Below are positions 40,847 to 54,960 of a stretch of DNA of 64,000 nt, piece after piece (position 1 is the first letter of the stretch; each line of letters begins with the position of its first letter). Position numbers and translations under genes: made by a program. The notes beneath the pieces were generated by a model. The model made no database searches. It worked only from the letters and a program-made list of their open reading frames with translations, and was not told the origin of the DNA. Source of the DNA: the human T2T-CHM13v2.0 reference genome, Homo sapiens; the NCBI RefSeq assembly GCF_009914755.1, contig NC_060933.1; one strand, given 5' to 3'.

Positions 40847-41213
40847 TTACACATCCACTTAGGCTGCCACAACAAAATATTACAGACTGGGTGGTCTGAA
40901 CAATTTATCTCTTACAGTTCTGGAAGCTGGAAAGCCTGAGATCAGGGTGCCAGCATGGCGGGTTTCTGTTGAGGGCTCTCCTCCTGGCTTGCAGATGGTC
41001 ACCATATGTCTGGACATGATGGTGAAAGAGAGAGAGCAAGCTTTCTGGCCTCTCTTCTAATAAGGGCACTAATCCCATGGTGGGGACCCTACCCTTATGA
41101 CCTCATCTAACCCTGCTTACCTCCCAAAGGCCCCATCTCCACATGCTATCACATTAGGAGTTAGAGTTTCAACATATGAATTTGAGGATGGGGACACAGT
41201 TCAGTCCATAGCA
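40847..41213 (-). mobile_element. MLT1A0-like MaLR solo LTR
   Basis: cagttctggaagctggaaagcctgagatcagggtgccagcatgg...ttcagtccatagca; possible 5-bp TSD tgacc. Confidence 0.85.
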
Positions 41214-42021
41214 TGACCCCTGTGAAAAGGGAGCCAGAAGTTGTATGGTGAAAAAGCAACAGAATAAGAAAGCAAAGAGAGAGGAGTGAGACGAGGAAGG
41301 ATTTCAGGGAAGCAGAAAACGTAAGAACAGAATTAAAACCTACATTCTATGTAGTAAAGAGCCGAGTTTATCTGCAAAATTGGAATTAGTGATGTGAAGG
41401 ATGAACTTGAACAGATGAAGATAATGAGAGGAAAATATGATAAATGGGGAGAACAGGGAGCCGGTTTCAGATAATTGATGTTATAGTACCAGTGGCCAGA
41501 AACAGTGCTCCTAAGATCTAATAGAAGAAAAATTTGCTTAGCTAAAGGAAGACCTGTATATGCAGATTTAATATCTGCATAATCATCATGTATCAGATAG
41601 ATTCGATATAAAGAGACCTGTACCTACATAGATCTCAGTGACTTTTTAAAACTATAGGAAAAAAAAAAACCTATATAAGCATTCAGGCATAAAAAAGTAG
41701 GTTACCTATACATGAATTCAAGGTGGACTTGCCTCAGACTTCTCTGCAATACTAAATCTTAGAAGATAATGGATAAGTGTTGAAGGGAAAAAGTTGTAAT
41801 CTAAGAATTTTATATCTAGACAAATTGTGGTTTGTGTGTAAAGAGAAAAGCAAGGACTTAAAAACGTATTTTTTTTCTGTGTACCCATCTTCACAAAATT
41901 ATTTGAAGATATACTCTGATGAACTAAGTTGTAGAGTACATGTAAAGACTCAATTGTGAGAAATTCATAGTATAAGAGGAACTGTGAGTAGTAAAACAAG
42001 ATAAACTAGAAGTTAGTTTAA

Positions 42022-42396
<375 letters not shown>

Positions 42397-42469
42397 AGGG
42401 TTTTATTTTTTTAAAAGGAAGGAGGAATTGGGGAGGGCTTACAGTAAAGTAGGTTAAGCCTTCCTATTC

Positions 42470-42633
42470 ATAGTGTGGCTCCAGACCAGCAGAGCAGCAT
42501 TCCTGGAAGCTTATTAGAAATGTATATTCTTAGGCCCTACTCCAGACCTACAGGATGAGAATTTCTCCAGCAAGCTATGTTGTAACAGTCTTTCCAGATG
42601 ATTCTTTGACATGCTAAAGTTTGAGAAACACTG
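42470..42633 (+). mobile_element. MER5A MITE
   Basis: agaccagcagagcagcattcctggaagcttattagaaatg...ctaaagtttgagaaacactg. Confidence 0.8.
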
Positions 42634-43364
42634 GTTTAAACTATCTTTCTCCATGGTGATAGACAGAAAAATGCCATTTCCCACTTGACTATTAACAATT
42701 AGAGAAATATATCTTATATACTGTCTAATTGTCTAAAACAATAGAGAAAATTGGAAAATAATGGAATATCAGAGAATAATGGAAAAATATAGAGTTCATA
42801 TATCAAACAAGTGGGAATTAAGGCAGCAATCAGAAAAGGTGGAGCATGAACAAGACTTGTAAAACCAAATCAATTATAGCAATAAAAGCAAATGGCATAA
42901 TCTCCTTTATTAGAAGGCAAAGCTTGTGAGGTTGATTTAAAATAATCCAGTTATTAATGGTGTATTAGAGACAAGGTTAATTCCTTATCTTTACTCTGCA
43001 CTTGAGCTTCTCTTTCCTACTTCCAGAACTAGATTAAATTCCCTATCATGGGTTTTTATAGCACTGCATATGTCTCCTTGAGAGCACTTACTGTGGATGG
43101 AGTTTTAAATTTGTCTGAGTGTTTCTTTGATTTTTTGATCTCCTTTTGTTAGACTGTAAACTCCTTGAAGGCAAGAACTTTGCCTGTTTTTGCTTAGCAT
43201 TTTGTGCCAGCACTTAGCACAGTACCTGTTTAATGAATGACAGTACGAGAAAATATAGGGACATGTCTTCAGGTACATGTAAACAAATAGATCAGGGTCT
43301 GACAAATTATCAAATTATTTATGCCAGACAAACTAATAAAACGGAATAATTAAATGTTACAGCA

Positions 43365-43542
43365 AGTTTTCCCACACATCAGAATTTTCTGGAGGGCTTG
43401 TTAAAACATGGATTGCAGGACACAACACCTAGAATTTTTTTTTTCAGTAGGTCTTAGGTGAGTCCTAAGAATTTGGATTTCTAACAGGTTCCCAGGTGAT
43501 ACTGATGTTGCTGGTCCAGGGACCGCACTTTGAGAAGCACTG
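43365..43542 (-). mobile_element. MER5A MITE, opposite orientation
   Basis: ttctaacaggttcccaggtgatactgatgttgctggtccagggaccgcactttgagaagcactg. Confidence 0.8.
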
Positions 43543-44779
43543 TGTTGGAAAATAGTTTTATGTTACTAAATATAGTTCACAGTGAAGATTTTGATCCCAT
43601 GAGCCTTTAGGTATCAAACAACATTGTTTCCAAATATACAAAATAAATTTAGAAATACAGTGAAGTGGAAAGATTTATCACAATATTTAGTCTTTGACAG
43701 AGCAAGTAGACAAACAAGGTTGTATAGAATTTAAATAATATATTTAATACAGTTGATCTAATAACTGAATCCTACCGAGAGCAAGTAACTTACCATTTCC
43801 AATGTTTATGAATCAGTTACAAAAATTATTTAACTACTAAAAATTCTATAGCGGGAGAGAAAAACCATAAACAGACTAATAAACCAATTAAGAACAAATT
43901 AATTTTAACACATATAACAAAATGTTGATATCCTTAATCTACAAAGAGTTTAGCCATTTCATAAACGTCAATATGCCTGTAGAAATGCTGGCTGTAAACA
44001 CAAAAGGAAAGTCACAAAAGAAAAACAATAGTTAATTAAACATGGAAAATAATCAATTTCCTTAGAAATCAAAGAAATGGAAAGTAAAATCAGTGTAATA
44101 TAGTTCTTCTCATCAGATAGGCAGAATGTAAGAAGATGATAATACTTAATGCTGGCTGTAGTATGCATAAACAGTCATTTTCATACCTTTCTGGTTGGGA
44201 TGATGGTGCTATGATTATCAAAGGCCTTAAAAATACATACCCTTTCCCTCTCTTGAATTTTTCCCCAGGAAATAATGTGCAAAGATTATATGGAATAGCC
44301 TTTATTTTGTGATAATGTGTAAAATTAATGGGTGAATGTGCAAAAATTTCTATAAAAACATGAGTCACAGCATTTTTCTTAATAGGGAAAAAATTTTGAA
44401 ACAATCTCAATGTCCCTTGGTGTAGGGGACTGGCTCAGCAAATTCCAAAGTCCAGTGGGAACCATGCAGCCAATAGATGCAGTAGAGATCAATATTTATT
44501 GATTGGGCAAGATGTCCACAAAGTAATGTCGGTTGAATACACCAGATTACAAAGAGGATATTGATCAGGACTGGCTAATTCAGGGCTCACAGGAGCCAGA
44601 CAGGTGTTATCAGTGAGAGAAGCGCACCCCAGATGAGACAGAATGAAGAGTGGGGGCCAGGGCACCCTCCCCCAAGGGGGTAGATGCTGCTCTTTGTTTG
44701 GGGGTTACAGATGATTGAAATTTCTCTTTAGTTTTTATTCTGTATTTGTATTTATCAGTATTTTATAATTTTCCCCCAG

Positions 44780-44839
44780 TGAACAATATTACATCAGACA
44801 TTTTTAAGAAGAAAGAAGTTAGGCAGTGCCAAAAGAGAG
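44780..44839 (+). CDS. ZNF618: ZNF618 60-nt cassette exon (MNNITSDIFKKKEVRQCQKR), absent from the ORF track
   Basis: Strong acceptor ataattttcccccag|T; donor AGAG|gtaaag; stop-free in phase 1-1. It joins ...KIGP to ETGNYTC and resembles a recalled ZNF618/Zfp618 isoform insert. Confidence 0.8.
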
Positions 44840-45039
44840 GTAAAGATAAAGTCGGGTGGGACTTGAGAGGAAGAAGTGACCCCTGCTGCTAGTGGGTGGG
44901 GGGTGCTTGGGGGCAGGGAAGGTCCTGGAGATGAGGGGACCCCGGGTGTGGCCACTGCAGAGGGCAGGGCTTGCAAAGGGGCTGACGAAGAGGTTGGTGT
45001 TGGAGGTCAGCACACTTCTTGAGCACCGGGGCTGGGGTG

Positions 45040-45240
45040 GAGCGATGTGCCAGGTACTGTTCTAAGCACTTGCCATCTAAATTTAATCCTCACAGCAATC
45101 CTACAAGGTGGTCCTATTATGACCTCCGTTTTATAGATAGGAAAACTGAGGCACAGAGAGGTTAAGAGACTTGCCCGAGGTTACCCAGCTCGAAATGTCT
45201 GAGCTGGGATTTGAATAGGGGTCTTCTAACTCCAGAGTCA
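45040..45240 (-). mobile_element. MIR SINE between the 60-nt exon and the finger-3 exon
   Basis: tttaatcctcacagcaatcct...ggaaaactgaggcacagagaggttaagagacttgcccgagg. Confidence 0.85.
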
Positions 45241-45361
45241 GAATTGATTCTAGTTGATGGTCCCAGAATGGGGAGGAGTTTTTTGGGGGGTGGGAGCACG
45301 CTGATGCTTCTTGGTGGAGGCCAGTTGCACATTCTTACACCTTCGTTTCCTTCCTGGACAG

Positions 45362-45451
45362 AAACTGGCAATTACACCTGTGAATTCTGCGGCAAACAGT
45401 ACAAGTACTACACTCCCTACCAGGAGCATGTGGCCTTACACGCCCCCATCA
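45362..45451 (+). CDS. ZNF618: ZNF618 exon, 90 nt, C2H2 finger 3 (K/ETGNYTCEFCGKQYKYYTPYQEHVALHAPI)
   Basis: tttccttcctggacag|A ... ATCA|gtgagt; C2H2 pattern. Confidence 0.96.
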
Positions 45452-47749
45452 GTGAGTACCTCCTCCCGGTAGGGATGGGGGTTGGGGGACCCGGGACAGG
45501 GTGGGCCAGCCGTTGGCCAGGCCTCTGGAATTTGGCCAGGAAATGGTGAAAGCAAGGTGAGCTCAGTTCTGGGTCAGTCTTTAGGTATTATGTCTGACCC
45601 AGGGCCACCTGTCTACAGTGGCCGGCATAGCTGAGAAGTCCCCCTCTTAAGCCAGAGCAGAGTCCGAGCCCTCCCTTAGTGGACTCAGAGTCCTGTGCCC
45701 ACATGATTGGGGTGAGGAGGGTGGACATCACTTGTCCAAGTCCTGCTGTGGCCCTCTTCTAGGTACCGCTACATCACAAGGTTTATGAATCTCCACCCCC
45801 AAAGCCAGTTCCGCATGATGCAGCTTCAGTCTGAACAGATGCATGAAGGAGCCCGGGCTAGGGGCGTGGTTAACTGGACAGGAAAGCTCCCTCTTGGTCC
45901 TTGATGGTGGGAAGCTAAGGAGGTGGCAGGAACCCTGAGCTGGGAGTCAAGCCCTGGCTGTTAATCCCAGCTGAGTCCCAGGCCTGCTTGTGACCTGGGG
46001 CAGGCTGCGTCCTGACCCTGGACCACCATCTCCCACTCTGACTGGGAAAGGAAAGGGCTCTAAGGGCCCTTCCCACAGTGACATCCTCACCTTCCATCCT
46101 CCTGGTGCCCGTGAGCCTACCTTACTGATTTCCCAGCTCCTTTTCTGGATATTTGAGGGGTCTCCATCCTCAGATCCCCGAGTATATGAGCTAGGGGGCT
46201 CATCAGCCTCCCTCTCTTTCATGTGCAGGTGCAGAAACCAAAGTCTGACAGGGGTGGGGCTTGTGCAGTCTCAGGGCAGTAGGGCTGGATGTTTAGCAGC
46301 GTTTTTGGAAGTGTTGCTGGTTTTGTTTCTCACAGCAGAGCTGTGGGGATCCCTCTCCCCATTCTGTGGATGGGAAGACTTTGGTCCAAACAGAGAGGGA
46401 GGGTTTACAGAAGGTCACTGGGGGCTGAAGCCCCTTATAGTCTGGGAAGGCCCAGGTCCCTCCTAGAGCCCTGCTGTTGGGATACCAAGGGTATTGGATA
46501 GGGAGGGAGAAGTATTCAGAGCCTGGAGGGTGGTGTAGGTAGCTTCCCCAGGAATTCCTCCCCTCTGGGCAGAGTGGCAGGGGCTGAGGGGTCTTCCCGT
46601 GGGTGAGAACTCCAGTCCTGAGGTCGAGCACTGGGCTGAGATTCTCATCCCTGCTTGCCCCTCACTGCTCTGTGACCTTGTGCCTGTTGCTTTCCTTCTC
46701 CGGGCTCTTTTCCCATCTGTGAAAGCTGTTTAAGGTCTTTTCAGCCCAGGATCTGGATTATAGACATCTCTGACATGAGGTACCTGCTATGGCCCCACTA
46801 GAAGAATCCATTCCACTTCCCAGCCTGGGCTATATAGGTCATTCAGTACCCACCATAGAGCCAGATCTTGTGTGGAGAGAGAGGATGCAGGATTCCACTG
46901 GGTAGGCACCGACTGTCCAGTTGACCCACTTGTGGTGCTGATGCCCAGGCAGCAGGGCTGTGGTCGGGCTTGAACACCATGGCCTGCGCCCCTCTGGAGA
47001 TCCAGCTTTCCATAAGCAGGTACAGGGCAGCCATGTTTGTTCTCCAGTGAAGCAGCAACTGCCCTGCTCCCTGGTGCCCAGGCTGGATGCTACCCAGAAT
47101 GCACTTTCAGTGAGGTGTTAGCTACAAGGCCAGAATATAACCTTGAGTTCAGCCTTTGGAGACTATCTTCAGTGCTTCCTGGGACAAGTTGAGTAAGGCC
47201 ATGGAGTTAGTAAGATGGGGAGCTTGGCTTTGAATTCCGGCAGGCAGGCTCCAGGCCCACACTCAACCATGAAGCTATCCTACATCCCATGTCAGATGGT
47301 AAAGCAGAAAGGGGTGTGTCTCTTCCACCCTAAGTTTTTCCCTGACAGCCTGGTGCATCTCTCCTGAAGGGCTGTCTACTTTTCTTTCTGTGTTCCTCAC
47401 TTTCTTTTGCTTTCTATTATGAACTCTCTTTCTTTCTTCCTGTATCTGCTTGTTGAATTAATCTCTCTGTTACCTACTGAAGTCTGGGGACTCAGGGATC
47501 ATCTGTGTTTAAAATACAGCATGAGAGATTTAGCCTAGATTCAAGAGAGAATTATTTATCCAAGGCTGTCCAAGAGATAGCTCCTGCAGTGGCCTCTGGT
47601 GTTAGAGATTTGTGTGCCAATGGACTTCTTGTGGAGGCAGGGGCTGGACTTGAGGGCTTCATCAGGTGGTATCCATGGCTGGGACTTGAGACTCTGGGTC
47701 TGATGAGTGTCCATAAGGACATAGACTGACTGTGGAAGAATTTCTTAGA

Positions 47750-50700
47750 ATTAGTGTCATAGAATCTATATTCTTTTATGTCTGACTTCTTTTGCTCAGC
47801 AGAATGTTTTTAAGATTCATATTTTATCATATTCTCATATGTATCAGTTCATTCTTTTTTACTTCTGAGCAATGTTCTATTGTATGAAAATACCGTTTGT
47901 TAGCCATTTACCTGTTAATTTGGGTTGTTTCCAGCTTTAGGCTATTATAAATAAAGCTGCTATGAAAATGCTTATATGAGGATTTTGTGGGCATATGTGT
48001 TCATTTCTTTGGATAAATACCAAGGAGTAGAATGACTGGGTCATGGGGAATAGTATGTTTAACTTTTTAATAAGTGACAAACCATTTTCCAAAATGACCA
48101 TAGCATCTTTCACTCCTGCCAGCTGTGCCTGTGAGTTCCACTTGCTCCATGTTCTTGCCAACATTCGATGGTATTGGTCTGTTTAATTCAGCTATTCTAG
48201 TGAGGGGATAGTGGAGTCTCACTGTGGTGTTAATTTGTATTTTCCTGATAACTAATGACGTTGAACATCTTTATATTTACTTATTGGCCACTTACATATT
48301 TTACTTTGGAAATTGTCTCTTTAGGTCTTCTGCCCATTTATTTGGTTGGGCTGTTTGTCTTTTTTATTATTAAGTTGTAGGAGTTCTTTCTATATTCCAG
48401 TAGGCCTGGGTTCTTTGCCAGATACATGTACTGTGGATTTTTCTCCTAGTCTCTGGCATGCCAGTTGATTTTCATACAGCATCATTTGATGAACAGATGT
48501 CTTTCATTTTGATGAAGTCCAGTTTATCATTTTTTTCTATTGTTAGTGCTTTTTGGGTTCTACCTCAAGGATATCCTTGCCTACCTCAAAATGGTAAAGA
48601 TACCCTGTTTTATTATCTTTTAGAAGCCTTATAATTTTAGCTTTTTCATTTATGTCTGTGATATATTTCAACTTAACTTTTCAAATGATGTGAGGTATGA
48701 GTTGAGACTCATTTTATTCCATACAGATACCTGGTTGTTACAACACCATGTGTTGAAAAGATTATCTTTCCCTATTGCATTGCACTGGTACTTTTGTGGA
48801 AAGTTATTTGAATGTGTAAGTATTTTTCTCTTCCGTTGGCCTGTTTGTTTATCTTTATGCCTATTCCACATGATTTTACTTATAGCTCTCTAGTAAGTCT
48901 CAAATCAGCTGCTCTTAGTTTTTCAGCATTGTTATTTTTTAAGACTATTTGGCTATTCTAGAAACTTTATTCTTCCATATTCATGTTAGAGTCTTCTCTA
49001 ATTTCTACCAAAAAAAATGCAACTTGGAGTTTGTTTGGGATTCTATTGAATCTGTAGATCAATTTGGGGAGAATCATCATTACAATAATATTGGGTCTCC
49101 CAATCCATGAACATGGTATATTTCCCCAAGTATTTAGGGCTTGTTTAGTTTCTCTCAGGAGCAGTTTGTACTTTTCAGAGAAGTCTTGCACATATTTCAT
49201 TCCATATCTCCAAGTATTTTATGGTTTGTGACACTACCATGACTTTTAAATTTAATTTTCCAATTGTCTGTTGCTATTGCCTATAAAAAAATCAATCTTT
49301 GTGTATTGAATTTGTGTATTGCAAATTTGCTAAATTTACTTATTAGTTCTAATAGATTTTTTTAGATTTCTTTGGATTTTCTTTTGCATATTGATGTCAT
49401 CCACAAATAAAGACAGCTTTATTTCTTTCCTTCCAATCTGTATTCTTTTTATTTTTTTTCTTCCTCACTATTCTGGTTAGGTCCCTCCAGTACAATGTTG
49501 AATAGAAGAAATTAGTGAATATTTTTTGCCATGTTCCCAATCATAGAGTTCAGTTTTTTATTGTTAAGCATTGTGTTAGCTAAAGTAGGTTTTTATAGAT
49601 GCCCATTATCAGTTGAATAAGTTACCTCTTATTTATAGTTTATTAAAAGTTTTTCTTATAAATTGATGTTGCATGTTTTTTTCCTCCATCTTTTGAGGTG
49701 ATTCTGTGGATTCTTATATTCTCTTTTGTTAGTACTGGTGAATTACATAGACTTAAAAAAAATTCACCATTCCTATACTTTATTAAAACACGTTAAGAAT
49801 ATCAGAAAGTCAAACTGTAAAATGAACTGAAGAAAGTTACAACCTGGGGATGATTATTCTTTGCCAGATAAAATGACTTCCTTCTTTGAAGCTTCTGTTT
49901 TTTCTTAATAGGGTATATTTAAGTTGTATAACTTGATTATTTCATATGTATACATTGTGGAATAACCCCACAATCAAGTTCTTGCTTAGGCATCTAAATT
50001 ACTTAACGATCCAAGGTTAGTTTATAGAGTAATTTGTTTTTAAGAACGTGTTTTCCTCTCACTTCTATCTAAAATTCTTCAGGATTTTACTTCCTTTTGA
50101 TATCACTCCCAAAACTGTCTCCTCAAGGGCAGGGAAATACAGTCCTAGGATTAGCAGAATGCCTATATTTAATCAGTGGTGTGTTAATGAAGGTCATAAT
50201 TAAGAAAATGAATATTTCTGGTGAAGTTTTTAAATATTGATTGAAGTATATTGTCATATAATAAAGTGCCTGTTATTTAAAGTGTACAGTTTGATAAGTT
50301 TTGACCTATGCATGCACCCATGAAACGGTCACCACAATCTAATTAACATACCCATCACCCCCAACAGTTTTCTCATGCCCTTTTGTAATTTGCTTACCAC
50401 TTCCCCATCCCGAGGCAAACACTAATCTGCTTCCTATTACTGTAAATTAGTTTGCGTTTCCTAGAATTTTACATATATGGAATCTTACAGTATGTAAGTA
50501 TATATTTTTGAAGGGAGAGGTCTGGCTTCTTTCACTCTGCATAATTATTTTGAGATTCATCTATGCTTACATGTATCAGTAGTTCATTCTCTTTTAACTG
50601 ATGATGAGTAGTATTCCATTTCCAGATATACATGCCACAATTACTTTGTTCATTTATGGGTGGATATTTAGAGTATTTCTGGCTAGAGTTCTGGAGCTAA

Positions 50701-53700
50701 TACAAATAAAGCAGTTATGAACATTTGTGTACAAGCCTTTGTAAGGAAAAATGCTTTTATTTCTCTTGGGTAATTACCTAAGAATGGAATGACTGGATCA
50801 TATGGTAGATGGTTGTTTAACTTTTAACAACAGCCATGTTGTTTTCCAAAGTAGTTGTGCCATTTTACATTCCAACCAGCAGTACAATTTTCTTTTCTTG
50901 TAATGTTCTCGTCTCGTTGGGTATCAGAGTATTGCAGGCCTCATAGAATTGGGAAGAGTACTCCCTCCTCTTCAATTTTCTGAAGAGTTTATATAGAATT
51001 GGTATTATTTTATGTAAGTATTCTATACAATTCAACAGTTAAGCTTTTGAGCCTGAAGTTTTCTTTGTAGGAAGGATTATTTAGAAATATATTCCATTTC
51101 CAAATATTTGGGAATTATCCAGATTTTTTGTTGCTATTGACTTCTAACTTAATTCCATTGTGGTCAGAGAACATATTCTGTATTTTCCAGTCTTCAAAAT
51201 TCATTGAGATAAGTTTTATGACCTACCTTATGGTCTCTTCTGCTGCGGTTTCATGTCCACTTGACCAAAAAAAAAAAAAAAAAAAAAAGGCATCTCGTAT
51301 TGTCAGTTAGGCCAAGTTGGTTGATAATGCTGTTCAAATCTCTATACTCTTTCCCACTTTCTTTTTTAATTAGTTTGTCTTACCAAGTTCTGAGAGAGAA
51401 GCATCAAAATTCTCAACTCTAATGGTGGATTTGTCTATTTCCCCTTTTAGGTTTGTCAGTCTTCAATTTATGTAATTCGAACCTTTGTTATTAGGTACAC
51501 ACAGTTAGCATCATTATGCCTTGATGAATTGACCCTTTATAAAGTAGTGCAATGCCATTCTATATCTCTGGTAATGCCTGTTGTCCCGAAATTTCCTTTG
51601 TCTGTTACTGTAAGCCATGACAGCTTTCTTAGGATTAGTATTTGCATAGTATATCTCTTTTCATCATTTTATTTTAATCTACCTTTATCTTTGTATTTGA
51701 AGTATGTATATATAGTTGGTTCTTATGCCTTTCTTTATCCAGTCTGGTAATCCCTGCCTTTTAATTGAAATGTTTAATTCATTTACATTTAATATACTAT
51801 ATTAATATGGTTAGATTTAAGTTTACTATCTTGCATTTTTTCTATTTGTCCCATTTGTTCTTGTTCATCTTTTTCTTATTTTCGTGCCTTCTTTAGTATT
51901 AATCAAGTATTTTTTAAAAATGCCTCTTAGCTTTCTAGCCATAACTCTTTTTCTTTAGTGGTTTCTCTATGATTTATAATATACATGTTTAATATGTTAC
52001 AGTCCACCACGAATTTATATCATAACACATTACATATAATATAAAAGCTTTACAGTGGCATACTTCCCATTTACTGCCCTCCTGTTCTTTGTGCTATTTT
52101 TATCATACATTTATGCCTATGTGTGTTATAAACCCAACAATTACTCTTTTAGCTTTAAACAGTAATTTGTTAAAGTAACTGAGAAATTAGAAAATGCCTT
52201 TTATATTTACTTATTTTCCATTTTGTTTGCTTTTCTTTCCTTCGTATACATCTGAATTCCATCAATTATCATTTTCTTTAATTCTTGAAGAACTTCCTTT
52301 AACATTTCTTATATTGTAGGTCTATTGGTGAAAGATTCTCTAAGCTGAAGATGTTTTTATTTCACATATTTTTTTGAAGGATTTTTTTTCTGGATATAGA
52401 ATTCTAGGCTGATAAATTTTTTTATGTTTAAAAATGTCATTCCTTTGTCTTCTGGCTTAAGTTGTTTCTGATGAAAAGTCAGAGATCATTCTGATTGTTA
52501 TTCATCTATATTTAGTGTATATTTTTTCTCTGGATGCTTTTAAGTATTTCTTGGGTTAATAGTTTTTAGCAATTTCATTATTTGTGTTTATCCTGTTTGA
52601 GATTCATTGAGCTTCTTGGATCATGAGTGTACATTTTTCATCAAATTTGGAAAATTCTCAGCCAGTATTTCTTCAAATATTTTTCTTTCCTAATCTCTCT
52701 TTTCTCTCTTGTTGAGACTTTAATTACATAGATATTTGATAATCAATAATGTTTACAGATAACTGAAGCTCTGTTCATTTTTTCAGCCTTGTTTTCCTTC
52801 TGTGCTTCGGTTTGAATAGATTCTATTGCCCTGTCTTCAAGTTCACTGATCTTCTCTTCTGTGGTGTCTAATCTGCTTTATTAGAAAAATCCATTAAGTG
52901 AACTTTTTATTTCAGCTATCATATTTTTCATCTAAGTTTCATTTGGTTTCTTTTTATAATTTTTATTTCTCTTCATTATTTTTCATCTTTCCTTGTCATT
53001 TCTGTATGTTTCTGTTAATTGGTTTTTCTCTTGATTACTGGTCACATTTTCCTGTGTTGCCTGGAAAATAATTGTTTCTTCCGTGCTGCATCCTGGGAAT
53101 GCTGTGTTGTTGACTTGATTTTGTCTTCCTTTGAAAAGAGTTTTGTTCTGGCAGGTAGTTAATTACTTCCAAATCAACTCAATACTTCAAAAGCTGGTTT
53201 TTAAGCTGTGTTAGGACAGGTCTAGAATAGTTCTTATTCTGGGGTTAGAACAGCTCTTCTAAGGCATGGCCTTTCTGGCCGTTTCTTAGCTGAATGCCTG
53301 AAGTATTGAGCAAGGTCTCGCCTCTCTGGCTAGGGGGAACTCCAAAATATCTCCTACTCTTGTGTGACTTTTGAATCTTCACTCACTACACAGCCCCCCC
53401 ACCCCCATCCCCCATTAGCTGTTTTTTTGCTAGGCTTTGCGGAGACTCATCTGCACAAATATAGTTTGGTATTCAGCCAGATTTCAAGGGGGCCCATATG
53501 CACATTTCTGGAGTTCTTTTTGTTGCAGAATTCTCTCTTCTTTGTTAATTTGCCGTGCAAATTCTAGCCACCTCAAAAGCCCTGAACTCAGATCACTGTC
53601 TCCTTTGTTCACTGAGATGTTTGGGCTCCACCTCTCTCTGCCCTGGTCCAGAGGGGCTCCCCAAGCAGAGAGCTAGAGTGACCATGGGGCTCACATCATG

Positions 53701-53800
53701 TTTTCTCTCCTGAATCACAGTTCTGCACCACCTTTGTCCAGCTTTATAGTTGAATATGGCAGGAAGCTAGTCTTGTATCAGTTACTCCGTCATGGCCAGA
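47750..53800 (-). mobile_element. Old L1M LINE, antisense, about 6 kb composite with nested pieces
   Basis: Minus-strand ORF2 remnants [37 protein letters not shown] (48967-49200) and GKDNLFNTWCCNN (48668-48871); T-rich + strand. Confidence 0.9.
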
Positions 53801-54529
53801 AGTGTGAGTTCCCCAGTTCTCTTTCTAAGATGAAGATTCACGAGGAGGGGTTCCCAGGTTGACTCCTCTTGCATCCCATCTCCCATTCATCTCCACCTCC
53901 AGCCCTTGAGCACGTGATTCCATTTGCCTCCAATGCAGTTTCATCCTCCTCTACCTCGTGGAAGTTTCGGGGAAACCCCCTGGCCTCTCCACTCCCTTGA
54001 TTGTGTGGTTGCTTTTCTTGAATCCTTGCATTCTCTAAATTTCTTTGCTCCATGCATTCTCTAAATTTTTTTGGTCCAGTTAAATTTTCAGCTTTCTGGA
54101 AAGGAGACCACAGTGCTCTGTTATTTTTTAGATATCTCTTGTGTGTAGATACTGCATGTGTGTTTCCTACAGGGGAAGTCAGCCAGTCTGTCTGAGACTC
54201 TTTCATGCTTTCTCAGGAAGAGCTCAGGTAGGAATTCCAGCATGACAGTGTTCCCTGTGAGGTCAACAGAGGGAGCACACTGTTAAGTAGAATGAGTCAG
54301 GAGCCTGGGACATTGATCCTGGCCCAGCCCAACCCACCCTGTGACCCAGAATTGATAGCCATACCTCTCTGAGCTTGAGTAGCCCCATCTGCCTTATACC
54401 TTTGGGACCACTGGGAGGATAACATGTCAGATAGCTTCATGGTACCATTATGTGCCCTCATTGGGATCCCATCTTTGATGTGCTCTTCTTCAGCAGTTCT
54501 GACTTTAAATTTCCTGGCCGCTCACGCAT

Positions 54530-54960
54530 TGATACATGGATTCCACAATGTCTCTTGAGCACTGTGTTTCAGGGAACGTGCCAAACACTCTGTGCATGGC
54601 GGGCAAGGCTGGCAGAGTTCCTGCTCTCTTGGAGCATACACGCTAATGGGGAGAGAGCCATTGTTCAAAGGTCATACTGTGTATCATTACTGATGGTGAT
54701 CAGTCCTTGAAAGGGAAGGCAAGAGGGGACTGACAAATAAATGGTCCCAGATGGGGAGTTTTGGGGGAGGCAGACTCCCTAAGGAAGAGATTTTTAAGTA
54801 TAGTGTGTAGGACCAACAGTCAAAAGTTTGAGGGAAGAATGTTCGAGGCAGAGGGAATAGCATGCACAAAGGCTATGAGCTTGAAAGAGAAAGGATATTG
54901 TAGGATATGAGAAGGCAAGGAGCTCAATGGCCTGTGAGGAAGCTGGAGAGGGGAGCGGTC
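54530..54960 (-). mobile_element. L2 fragment
   Basis: gggaagaatgttcgaggcagagggaatagcatgcacaaaggc L2 motif. Confidence 0.65.

Noticed and set aside
51267-51288. Isolated poly-A run as a processed pseudogene tail
   Set aside because: No upstream mRNA-like body or TSD; it lies within decayed L1.
47750-53800. Active L1 or intact reverse transcriptase
   Set aside because: Only short, stop-ridden ORF2 remnants remain.
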